Positions 39,944 through 48,639 of a DNA stretch of 64,000 bases are shown piece after piece. The notes below the pieces were generated by a model. It searched no databases. It was not told where the DNA came from and was given only the letters and a program-made list of their open reading frames with translations. Source of the stretch: Myxococcota bacterium (GTDB lineage: Bacteria > Myxococcota_A > UBA796 > CAJQPC01); NCBI GenBank assembly GCA_036012755.1, contig DASCPX010000246.1, forward strand, positions 1-64,000, read 5' to 3'. Both the position numbers and the translations under genes were made by a program. How positions within the stretch are numbered: position 1 is the first letter of the stretch; every line of letters begins with the position of its first letter.

Positions 39944-40631
39944 GCGTCTCTTCGTCGACAAGCCCCCCGACGAGTACCCCAAGCCGGACGTCAATCCCTA
40001 CCTCAAGCAGCACTTCAGCTACGGGCGGCCCGTGCTCACCGCGGACCAGGCGGCGGCCTGCCGTGGGGCCTGGAGCGACGAGTTCGGGCGAGAGGCGCCG
40101 CTCCATGTCGAGATCGGACCGGGCAACGGCTTCTTCTTCTCTGGCATGGCGTCCCGGTTCCCGGAGCGCAACTGGCTGGGCGTAGAGATCCGCTTCAAGC
40201 GGGTGATGCTCACGGCGAAGAAGCTCCGCACCGCAGGCGCGGAGGAGTTCGCGAGGGTCTGCCGGTACGACGCCTCGGCGATCAGCGACCTGTTCGTGCC
40301 CGGCGAGATCGCAGCGCTGTACATCAACCACCCCGACCCCTGGCCAAAGGACCGGCAGGCCAAGAACCGCCTGCTGGGACCTCGCTTCCTCGAGGTCTGC
40401 GCCTCGGTCCTCGAGGCAGGCGCCGAGATCCGCCTCAAGACCGACCACGTGGTCAACGTCGAGGCACTGTCCTCCGCGGTCTCGACCCACCCACAGTTCG
40501 AGCTCGTCGGCACCTGCGATGACGTCAGCGGCCTGGGCGCCCCCTGGGGCGAGGACCTGCGCACGAACTACCAGCGCAAGTTCGACGAGAAGGGCGAGCC
40601 GGTCCTCGCCGTGTGGGTGCGGAGGGTCTGA
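39909..40631 (+). CDS. trmB: tRNA (guanine-N7)-methyltransferase
   Basis: VEIGPGNG, LGVEIR, HPDPWPK, LKTD, TNYQRKF. Start uncertain. Confidence 0.9.
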   Translation: MARRGSPIPRSERLFVDKPPDEYPKPDVNPYLKQHFSYGRPVLTADQAAACRGAWSDEFGREAPLHVEIGPGNGFFFSGMASRFPERNWLGVEIRFKRVMLTAKKLRTAGAEEFARVCRYDASAISDLFVPGEIAALYINHPDPWPKDRQAKNRLLGPRFLEVCASVLEAGAEIRLKTDHVVNVEALSSAVSTHPQFELVGTCDDVSGLGAPWGEDLRTNYQRKFDEKGEPVLAVWVRRV

Positions 40632-40636
40632 GCGAC

Positions 40637-41710
40637 CTACTGCTCGGGATCCCCACCTCGCCCCAGGGCGCGCATCATCAGGGCCCACCAGCCCTCCGAC
40701 TCCTGGCGGAAGAACCACCACGCCGTCAGCGCCTGCACCGCGTAGGTCCAGTAGTGGAGCACCAGCGCGTAGGCGATGGCCTTGCCCGAGAGCAGCTCTC
40801 CGTGCACGCCGAAGAGCGCGAGCGCGCCCCTGGCTGCGGCCTCGTAGACGCCGACGAACCCGGGAGGTGCCGGGGCCATCGTGCCGAGCATGATGAGCAC
40901 CATGACGCCCAGACCCTCGAGAAAGCCGATGAGCTCCGGGAAGCCGAAAGCGGCCGCGAGGCAGGTGTACATGAAGGCGCTGCCAACCCAGGTGGCGGCG
41001 GTCAGCGCCACGAGGATCACCAGTCGACCGGGGCTGCGCACGCTGTCGAGCCCCCGCACGAAGCTCTCTGCGAAGCCGAGGAGCCATCGGCCGAGCCGAT
41101 CGAGCCAACTCCAGGTGACGCGGGCGGTGACGGCGCGGTGGATCCAGGCGCTCAGGGTGAGCACCTGCCTCCCGAAGAACAACAGCCCCAGCGCCACGAT
41201 GCCTAGAGGCAACAGCATGGTCATGGCCACGCGAGCGCCCAGCTCGGTGACGTCCCAGGTGGAGCCGGCCAGCTCGATTTGGTGGGTGGGCAGCTCCGCG
41301 AAGGTCATCACCAGCGCGAGGATCAACAGGGTCGCGGTGAGGTCGAGGAGGCGCTCGACGAAGGTCAGGCCAAAGCCGGCACCCATCGGGATGCCTTCCT
41401 TCTGCTTCAACAGGTAGGGCCGGACGAACTCGCCGAGACGAGCGGGGAAGGTGTTGATGCAGAGGAAGCCCATGCAGAGGATCCCCAGGTTCGTCCAGTA
41501 GGTCGAGCTCGGGACCAGCGCGCGGACCATCACCATCTGGCGCAGGGCGCGGATGGCCTGCTGGTAGAGGAAGATCAGCGCCACCGGCACGAGCCACGCA
41601 GGGTTCATCTGGGCCAGCGCGCCGCGGACGTCTTCCAGCGGCACGCCCCAGAAGGCGAGCGCGAGCAGGAGGACTCCGATGAGGAGCCCGATGGCGACCT
41701 TCTTGATCAA
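40637..41710 (-). CDS. Lysylphosphatidylglycerol-synthase TM domain (flippase-like) membrane protein
   Basis: Multiple TM helices; PARLGEFVR, ERLLD, PAPPGFVGVYE. Confidence 0.88.
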   Translation of the reverse strand: MIKKVAIGLLIGVLLLALAFWGVPLEDVRGALAQMNPAWLVPVALIFLYQQAIRALRQMVMVRALVPSSTYWTNLGILCMGFLCINTFPARLGEFVRPYLLKQKEGIPMGAGFGLTFVERLLDLTATLLILALVMTFAELPTHQIELAGSTWDVTELGARVAMTMLLPLGIVALGLLFFGRQVLTLSAWIHRAVTARVTWSWLDRLGRWLLGFAESFVRGLDSVRSPGRLVILVALTAATWVGSAFMYTCLAAAFGFPELIGFLEGLGVMVLIMLGTMAPAPPGFVGVYEAAARGALALFGVHGELLSGKAIAYALVLHYWTYAVQALTAWWFFRQESEGWWALMMRALGRGGDPEQ

Positions 41711-43416
41711 CGACGTCGTGAGAACAGCAGCGGTAGGAGCCAGACTCCCACGAACAGACCGCTCGGGCCACAGCCCCCCCGACAGCGGCGGCCCTCCGCC
41801 TCCATCGGGTTGGTGCCCTCCCAGTACTCGCGGAGGTTGATCACTCCGTCGCCGTCCGGGTCTTCGGCAGAGTCGTCGCGTCCGACATGCAGCCCCCAGT
41901 GATCCTCCCAGCCATCACCCATGTCGTCGCGGTCGGTGTCGACGGGCATCGTGAAGTCGAGCTCGAACTCGACGCCCGCCGCGATGTTCACGGTGGTCTG
42001 GACCTCCGGGTTGACGGTGCCCGGCCAGAACACGCTCACCCACCCCGGATCGCGGTCGCAGTACGGGGTGTAGAAGACCTCTGCGAACCAGACGCCCGGC
42101 CGCAGGCCCTCCGCCCGCCAAAGCCCCTCGGCGTCCGTGGTGGCGGCCTTGGCGTCGGTGTCGACATCGAGGGGCTCGAGGTACACCGTCGCGCCCTGCA
42201 CCGGGAAGCCCTGGTCATCCTCTACGGCGCCGAAGGCCACACCGGCCTGCTCGAGGGAGACCACCACCTCCGTGTCCTCGCCGTAGTCGACCTCGTAGTA
42301 GACGCGCTCTCCGGCCTCGTCGCTGACGTAGTCCTGCACGTAGCCCTCCGGCTCTGCGTACACGAAGAGGCTGTAGCGGCCTGCGTGCAGTCGGCCCGCG
42401 CGGAAGTACCCGTCCTCGTCGGCCTGCGTGCCGAGGCCCACCGTGTTGCTCTCGTTGAAGGCGATCAGCGTGACCCCCGAGAGGTCGCCCTCCAGGTCGA
42501 GGACCCCGGTGATGGCGGCCTCTTCGTACATGGTCAGGTCGTAGTCGACCAGGAGCTCGCCCTCCTCGATGGGGGTCGTCTGGGTGGGGACGGCCTCGTC
42601 CGGCCAGTAGGTGTGGGCCCAGCCCTCGCGAGAGGCCCAGCCGACGAGATCACCGGCCGGGAGTCCCTCCGCGGCGTAGAGGCCGTCGGCGTCGGAGGAC
42701 ACGGTCACTACCTGCCCGTTGGAGTAGAGGTGGACCGACGCGGCCGACACGGGCCCGTCGAAGCCCTCGAGCATGCCCTCGACCCCAGCGCCGACGAGCA
42801 GGGGGACGACGCCGACGTCGAGATCGTCTCCGCGCCCGAGAACGACATGGTCTCCGTCTTCGTAGACCCCGCCGAGCTGTTGTGTCGGGAGCCCCTCCGC
42901 GGAGAAGCCCAGGGAGTAGGGCTCCGTGTCGCCCGAGTCGGCGTCGAGGCCGAGGATCGAGAACCGCCCCTCCGCGTCGGTAGTGGTGGACCGCACGATG
43001 CCCTGGCTGCGGATCCCCTCTCCCCGGCAGACGACCTGGGCCCCCTCCTCGGGCACACCGTCGAGCTCGAGGAGACCGGAGAGCGCCCCGCCCGCGACGA
43101 GCTGGAAGTCGAGGTCCCCGACGACATCATCGGACTCGAGCTCCAGGCGAGCGCCGTCGCAGAAGCTCCAGGCCCCTGGGTAGTAGCGCTCGACGTGGTT
43201 GAGATCGATGGGCACGGCGCGCAGCCGGTAGTGACCCCTCGGGAGACCCTCGACCACGTACTCCCCGTCGGCGTCCGTGGTGGTCTGGGTGTTGGACAGC
43301 GCCGAGTCGTAGGCCACGACGTAGACGCCTTGAAGCGGCTCACCCTCCGGCGTCGTCACCGTCCCGCTGAGCGTTGCCGCCAGCGCGCTCGTCTGCAACC
43401 AGGACATCCGGCGCAT
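41707..43416 (-). CDS. Surface protein with tandem carboxypeptidase-regulatory-like Ig domains and a MYXO-CTERM-like tail
   Basis: Repeated TTDADG.Y...GLP.G; DTDRDDMGDGWE and DPDGDG Ca-binding-like motifs; C-terminus GGC-hydrophobic-RRR. Possible start at 43407. Confidence 0.82.
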   Translation of the reverse strand: MRRMSWLQTSALAATLSGTVTTPEGEPLQGVYVVAYDSALSNTQTTTDADGEYVVEGLPRGHYRLRAVPIDLNHVERYYPGAWSFCDGARLELESDDVVGDLDFQLVAGGALSGLLELDGVPEEGAQVVCRGEGIRSQGIVRSTTTDAEGRFSILGLDADSGDTEPYSLGFSAEGLPTQQLGGVYEDGDHVVLGRGDDLDVGVVPLLVGAGVEGMLEGFDGPVSAASVHLYSNGQVVTVSSDADGLYAAEGLPAGDLVGWASREGWAHTYWPDEAVPTQTTPIEEGELLVDYDLTMYEEAAITGVLDLEGDLSGVTLIAFNESNTVGLGTQADEDGYFRAGRLHAGRYSLFVYAEPEGYVQDYVSDEAGERVYYEVDYGEDTEVVVSLEQAGVAFGAVEDDQGFPVQGATVYLEPLDVDTDAKAATTDAEGLWRAEGLRPGVWFAEVFYTPYCDRDPGWVSVFWPGTVNPEVQTTVNIAAGVEFELDFTMPVDTDRDDMGDGWEDHWGLHVGRDDSAEDPDGDGVINLREYWEGTNPMEAEGRRCRGGCGPSGLFVGVWLLPLLFSRRR

Positions 43417-44269
43417 CGTACTCGGGGCCGAGCAGGGACAGGGCTGCGCCAGGCTCGATCATGCGCAGTTTGCGCTCGCTCAGCCACTCTGTCGCAGCCT
43501 CCCGCCGCCCGAGCGGCCACCACTCCGCGTCTTCGAAGCGATTCTGGGCCCGCAACGCCGCGAGCCCATCGAGCCAGGGGAAGCCCGCCCCGCAGGCCAC
43601 CAGCACGAGCTCGATGCCCTCTGGCACCTGGACCTCGGCCAGAGCCACCAGGCGCCTCAGCGCGTCGCCCTCGGCGGGGAGCACGCTGGCACGCTCGATC
43701 GCACCGAGCACGAGCGCGAGCAGGACCAACAACGCCACCACCGAGCGCCCGAGTGCCTGGAGCCAGCCTGCTTCGAGGCCACCCCAGCGGAGCAGGAGCG
43801 CGACCACCGCCACACCGGTGAGGGTCCAGGCGATGCTCAGCAGCGGCGTGACCAGGCGCTGCAGTCGCCTCGGCGCGTCGACGAAGGCGAAGACGACCAC
43901 CCGGCGCGGGCCCTCGCCTCGCCGCACGACCAGGTTGTAGCTGCGTCCACGCACCAGCAGGTGCCGAAGGAGCGGGCCGACGCGGGGCTGGAAGACGCTG
44001 GATGCGACCAGCAACAGCGCCAACAGCAGGCCAAAAGCTGGCCGGAACTCGCCGACGAGGATCGCGACCGCCAGGCACAAGGCATGGGCCGCGGCGTCGA
44101 GGGCGGCCCCGGGCCAGCAGACGAAACCCTGCACCCGCACCCGGTGACCCAGGACCTCCAGTCGTGCCCTCAACCAGCTCGTGCGGAGGCCCTCAGCTGC
44201 GCTTCCCGCAGCTCCAGTCGGGGGCGGTGGGCCCTCGCCGTGACGCCGTCCGCTTGTCTGCTCCATCAT
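43340..44269 (-). CDS. Membrane protein, degenerate M28 peptidase-like
   Basis: SYNLVV..RRVVVFAFVDA and LVLVACGAG resemble the M28 strands; four TM inserts; no metal ligands. Confidence 0.5.
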   Translation of the reverse strand: MMEQTSGRRHGEGPPPPTGAAGSAAEGLRTSWLRARLEVLGHRVRVQGFVCWPGAALDAAAHALCLAVAILVGEFRPAFGLLLALLLVASSVFQPRVGPLLRHLLVRGRSYNLVVRRGEGPRRVVVFAFVDAPRRLQRLVTPLLSIAWTLTGVAVVALLLRWGGLEAGWLQALGRSVVALLVLLALVLGAIERASVLPAEGDALRRLVALAEVQVPEGIELVLVACGAGFPWLDGLAALRAQNRFEDAEWWPLGRREAATEWLSERKLRMIEPGAALSLLGPEYDAPDVLVADERAGGNAQRDGDDAGG

Positions 44270-44324
44270 GGACCGCTAACATCTGCGCCTCAGACGGCCT
44301 CAAGAGGTTGGTGCAGCAGCGCAG

Positions 44325-45086
44325 ATGCGGTTCAGAGGCAAGGACTACGACGGCGAGGGGGTCACCATCGCCATCATCGACAGCGGGATCGACAAGAACG
44401 ATCCCCGACTCGCTGGCGTCGACGTCGATGGCTGGAACATCCAGCTGAGCGCGACGGGCCACGCCCTGCTCGGCGCGGAGTTCCGGGACGACAACGGGCA
44501 CGGCACGGAGATCGCGGTCGCCGTGCATCGGATCGCCCCGAAGGCCAGCCTCCTGGCCGTCAAGATCATGGACGCCAAGCTGAAGACATCAGCGGATCTG
44601 ATGGCCGCGGGCATCGAGACCTCGACGCGCAACGGCGCCAAGGTCATCAACCTGTCCCTCGGCACGCCGAACATGGGCAAGGCGCTCCTGCTCCGTGACT
44701 GCTGCGCGCTGGCGGTGGAGAACGGCAGCGTGGTGCTCGCCGCGGCCCACCCGAAGGGCGAGCGGGCCTACCCCGCGGACCTCCCCGAGACCGTCGGAGC
44801 GGCCAGCCACCCCGACTGTCCGCTCGAGAAGTACTACTATTTCGCGCCCCACCGCTTCCCGCGGAAGGAGTGGGGCAACCTCACCGGCAAGTTCCTCGCC
44901 CATGGCTACGCCGTGAAGGGCGAGCGGGACCGCGGCTCCTACCGCGGCTCCGGCATGGCGACTGCCTACCTCTCCGCGCGCGCATCCTGCATCTGGCAGG
45001 CCTTGCCCAAGGAGACCCCGATGGGCATCGTCGATGTGTTGCGCCAACTGGCGCTGACTCCGGTCCCCGAGATCGGCTACGGCTGA
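44325..45086 (+). CDS. Small S8 (subtilase) family protein
   Basis: IAIIDSGID, NGHGTE, VINLSLG, YPA. Nucleophile motif reads GSGMA. Confidence 0.85.
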   Translation: MRFRGKDYDGEGVTIAIIDSGIDKNDPRLAGVDVDGWNIQLSATGHALLGAEFRDDNGHGTEIAVAVHRIAPKASLLAVKIMDAKLKTSADLMAAGIETSTRNGAKVINLSLGTPNMGKALLLRDCCALAVENGSVVLAAAHPKGERAYPADLPETVGAASHPDCPLEKYYYFAPHRFPRKEWGNLTGKFLAHGYAVKGERDRGSYRGSGMATAYLSARASCIWQALPKETPMGIVDVLRQLALTPVPEIGYG

Positions 45087-45091
45087 GCACC

Positions 45092-46543
45092 GTGTGGCTC
45101 CTCGCCGCCAAGTTCGCACACGCGAGCCCGGCTGAACTCTACGGCTTCGGCGCCCGAGCGATGGGCCGGGCCCAGGGTGGTGTCTCCCTCGAAGGCGACG
45201 CCGGCTCCGCCCTGCTGAACCCGGCGCTCCTGGCAGGGCACGACAAGTCACAAGTGCTCATCGGCTACGCGCTCGTGCGCTTCGACTTCGACGAGATCCC
45301 ACCCCTGTACTGGGACACCAACCGGGACGGGCTCATCGACGAATACGACGAGCCCCTCAGCATGGGGGACTACGACAAGGGCGACGGCTTCATGCTCGGG
45401 CTGCGCCGCCCCATCGGCGAGCGCTTCGGCATCGGCGCCGCCCTGTTCGTGCCGCAGGCGCGGCTGCTCCGCATCCAGACGGTCGATCCCCAGCTGCCGA
45501 ACTACATCATGTACCGGAACCGGACCCAGCGGTACGCGCTGGCCCTGGGATTCGCCGCCGAGCCCGTCCGGAGCTTGCAGGTCGGGGGCGGGGTGCGGTT
45601 GTTGTCCCGCTCGGTCCTCGACGTCACCTTCACCATCGACAGCGTCGTCCACGGCGATCAGCCCGCGGATGCAGGGGTCGAGGACGTCACGGAGCTCGAG
45701 GCGCGGGTCCATGACCTCTCCTTCGACCTCAAGCCCGCGGCTGTCCCGGTCTTCGGCCTCCGCTGGGACGCCGGCGAGCTCGTCGAGCCCCTCGACGGCC
45801 TCGCGCTCGGTTTCGTGTGGCGAAACGAGGGGGGCATTCCGATCGACGTGAACCTCGACGCCCAGCTCAACGCCTCGGCAGAGGACGTCGGAGAGCTCGA
45901 GCCGGTCAGCGTCGCGGCGCTGGGCAAGGTCTACATCAACATCTTCGATCACTACATGCCGATGCAGTTCCAGTTCGGCGGGAGCTACTCGGTCGACGAC
46001 ATCCTGCACTTCTACCTGGACGTGCACCACACGCGCTGGGGAGCGATGCAGCTGAACTCCACGCAGCTGCTCGACGCGGAGCTGCAAGCGACGATGGCCG
46101 ATCTCGGAGATCTGACCATCGAAAACGGCCACGACGTGAGCGGCATCGAGTGGCGGAACACCTGGAGCATTCGCACCGGAACGGAGCTCTTCCTGCCCCG
46201 CTTCCCCTTGCCGGGCGACCTCGGCTGGAAGGCCGCCCATGTCCGCGGTGGCTTTGGATACGAGCCAAGCCCGCTGGTCGCCCAGACAGCCGAGACCTCG
46301 CTCCTGGACGCTGACCGACTGCTCTTCGGCCTCGGCATCGGCGTCTCCCATGGCGCCATCAACAACACGGTCGAGGGGCCCGTGAGCTGGGACCTCTTCT
46401 TCCAGTACCACACGCTCGCCCGCGGAACGCTGAAGCGCCCTGCAACTGACGAGCACCGCGCGGGTTACCCGGTAAACGGCGCGCCCATCCCGATCGGAGG
46501 CCGCTTCTTCACGACCGGATTGCAGTGCAGCTTTGACTACTAG
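45092..46543 (+). CDS. OmpP1/FadL-like outer-membrane transporter
   Basis: YGFGARAMG, NPA plug motif, alternating beta-strands, RGGFGYEPSP, C-terminal aromatic residue. Confidence 0.85.
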   Translation: MWLLAAKFAHASPAELYGFGARAMGRAQGGVSLEGDAGSALLNPALLAGHDKSQVLIGYALVRFDFDEIPPLYWDTNRDGLIDEYDEPLSMGDYDKGDGFMLGLRRPIGERFGIGAALFVPQARLLRIQTVDPQLPNYIMYRNRTQRYALALGFAAEPVRSLQVGGGVRLLSRSVLDVTFTIDSVVHGDQPADAGVEDVTELEARVHDLSFDLKPAAVPVFGLRWDAGELVEPLDGLALGFVWRNEGGIPIDVNLDAQLNASAEDVGELEPVSVAALGKVYINIFDHYMPMQFQFGGSYSVDDILHFYLDVHHTRWGAMQLNSTQLLDAELQATMADLGDLTIENGHDVSGIEWRNTWSIRTGTELFLPRFPLPGDLGWKAAHVRGGFGYEPSPLVAQTAETSLLDADRLLFGLGIGVSHGAINNTVEGPVSWDLFFQYHTLARGTLKRPATDEHRAGYPVNGAPIPIGGRFFTTGLQCSFDY

Positions 46544-48050
46544 CCTCCTCGCGACGTGGGCCGAGTGGTCCACTTCACTGCAGCTGGGCGACGTGCCCGA
46601 GCGCGTGCTGGAGCGGGCCCGCCTCCAGCACCTCTCGACCGCCGGGGCTGTGCACACCTCGCTCGCCGCGGGCCAGGCGCTGGGGCTGGGACTGGGCAGG
46701 GGAAAGGAGCCGGCGCTGGCCTCTGGGCGCCGGGTCGGCCAGAAGCAGGCGCTGCGCTACCACGCGGGCAACGCAGCGGCCTGGGACTGCTGCGATCAGA
46801 TCCTCTGGGGTCCCGCCGGCCCCGGCTCGGTCTGTGGGACGTGGTCGAGCGCGCGCGAGCACACCCTGGGCGAGCTGCTCCTGGCCACCGTCATCGCCAA
46901 CGAGCTCTCCGCTCGGGTCGGCGCCGCCGGGCTGCTCGCCCCCAACAGCGCGACCGGCTGGACCGGGCTCCAGGCCGTCGCCGCCGCCGCCGCCATCGCC
47001 CGACTGCGCGGCTCGAGCGCCGAGACGACAGCCAACGCGCTGGCGCTGTCGTTGAGCGACGGCGGGTGCGCCTCCACCGCGGGCCTGGCCACGAGCCACC
47101 ACGTTCGCGCCCGTGTCGCCGCCAACGCCGTCGTCGCCGGCGCCTCCGCGGTGGACGCTGCCAGCGATGGCATCGCCGGGCCGGTCTCGCTGCTCGACAC
47201 CGACGCCTGGTACCAGGCCCTCGGCTGTCCCGTGGTGCTCCGGCATGTCTTCGGAGGGCTCGGCACCGCCTGGCTCACCGACACCCTCTGGTTCAAGCTG
47301 ACGGCGGGCTCACCCTGGCACAACGTGGCCATGCAGGCGCTGGAGGAGATCCACAGCCGCCACATCCGGGCAGCGGACAAGCGCCTCCGACCCGACCAGT
47401 GGACCGAGGCGGTGATCCGAGTGTCCTTGCCGGTCTGGGCCGCGGACCAGGTGGCGTCGGTGGACCGAGAGGGCCTCACATGGAGCTTGAGGGCCGCGTA
47501 CGCGACGAGCTCCCGCGCGCACCAGCTGGGCCCGCGGGAGTTCGGGGAGTCCTTCTGGGCCGAAGAGGGCGGCGACATCGCCGAGCTCGCCGGCAGGATC
47601 CGCGTCGAACACGCCTGGGAACACACGGTCGCGGCCATCCGCGGACTGGCCGAGCAGGGCATCCTCGGCGGCCTGACACTGGGTCAGCTCAAGCACGCCG
47701 CGGGTGCCTTCCGCACCGCGCTGCCGGGCCCCGAGACCCCGGCGGGGGCGGACCTGCTGGAGCTGGCGAAGCTCGGGCCACTGGCCGGTGGCCTCTCCGC
47801 TGGAGCCTTCGACCCCAGGGCCTTCCGCTACGTGCTCCCGATGGACGTGAAGGTCCACACGACCCGCGGCGGCTTCTGGCCAGAGACGCGCTCGCTCCCA
47901 GAGGGCTCTCCCGGCTGGAACTGGGAGGACACGCTGGCCCGCGTCCAGGCCAAGTTCGCTGGCGGCGACCCGGCTCGCACCGAGCTGGCACAGGAGCTGC
48001 TCACGCGCTCGACGGAGAGCTCGGCCGAGGACTTCGTCTCGGCGCTCTAG
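46533..48050 (+). CDS. MmgE/PrpD-family protein (divergent)
   Basis: LATWAEW..SLQLGDVPERVLERA, ELLLATVIANE, FGGLGTAWL..LWFK, GSPG, KF. Confidence 0.78.
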   Translation: MTTSLLATWAEWSTSLQLGDVPERVLERARLQHLSTAGAVHTSLAAGQALGLGLGRGKEPALASGRRVGQKQALRYHAGNAAAWDCCDQILWGPAGPGSVCGTWSSAREHTLGELLLATVIANELSARVGAAGLLAPNSATGWTGLQAVAAAAAIARLRGSSAETTANALALSLSDGGCASTAGLATSHHVRARVAANAVVAGASAVDAASDGIAGPVSLLDTDAWYQALGCPVVLRHVFGGLGTAWLTDTLWFKLTAGSPWHNVAMQALEEIHSRHIRAADKRLRPDQWTEAVIRVSLPVWAADQVASVDREGLTWSLRAAYATSSRAHQLGPREFGESFWAEEGGDIAELAGRIRVEHAWEHTVAAIRGLAEQGILGGLTLGQLKHAAGAFRTALPGPETPAGADLLELAKLGPLAGGLSAGAFDPRAFRYVLPMDVKVHTTRGGFWPETRSLPEGSPGWNWEDTLARVQAKFAGGDPARTELAQELLTRSTESSAEDFVSAL

Positions 48051-48052
48051 CG

Positions 48053-48544
48053 CTAGGGGGTGGTGACCTCTCCAGAAGCGAAGAAGTCCTTCTCCACGTC
48101 GGAGAGGCTCTCCTCGACCTCGGCCTCGGCGAAGACGGGCGGCGGAGGCGCCTCCTCGCTCGGAAGGTCGGTGGCGGTATCGTCGACGGCCACGGAAGCA
48201 ACGGCCACGGCGGCGGTGGCTCCGTTCGTCTCGACGGCGGCGGTCTCCTCCACCTCGACGGCGGTGTTCTCGACCTCGGCCTCGTCGATCTCGATCTCGG
48301 CCATCGAGACCTCGGCTTCATCCTCTGTGACTGCCTTGGGCGTGATGTCGTACTCGTTCTCGAGGACGCGGAGCGTGGCGAAAGCGAGCACCGGATCGAG
48401 GGGCACGGTCGCGGCGAGCTTGCGGGCGATCTGGTAGCCGACGACGCTCACGATGGGCGCCCCGCAGCTGGGGCAGACACCTTGCTCGATGGCGAAGCCG
48501 AAGGACGAGGGAGTGCGGTGACCGTAGAGGCAGCGGTAGTCCAT
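48053..48544 (-). CDS. Hypothetical protein with an N-terminal zinc-ribbon-like motif and an acidic tail
   Basis: GGAGGT ribosome-binding site; CLYGH...CPSCG. Confidence 0.7.
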   Translation of the reverse strand: MDYRCLYGHRTPSSFGFAIEQGVCPSCGAPIVSVVGYQIARKLAATVPLDPVLAFATLRVLENEYDITPKAVTEDEAEVSMAEIEIDEAEVENTAVEVEETAAVETNGATAAVAVASVAVDDTATDLPSEEAPPPPVFAEAEVEESLSDVEKDFFASGEVTTP

Positions 48545-48639
48545 TTGGACCTCCTGGACGCATAGAGTATCTCGGCTGGCGGCGCCGTGATTTCTCTCCT
48601 GTTGACGCTCAGGTGGAGCCAAACAGCGACGAACCGTGC

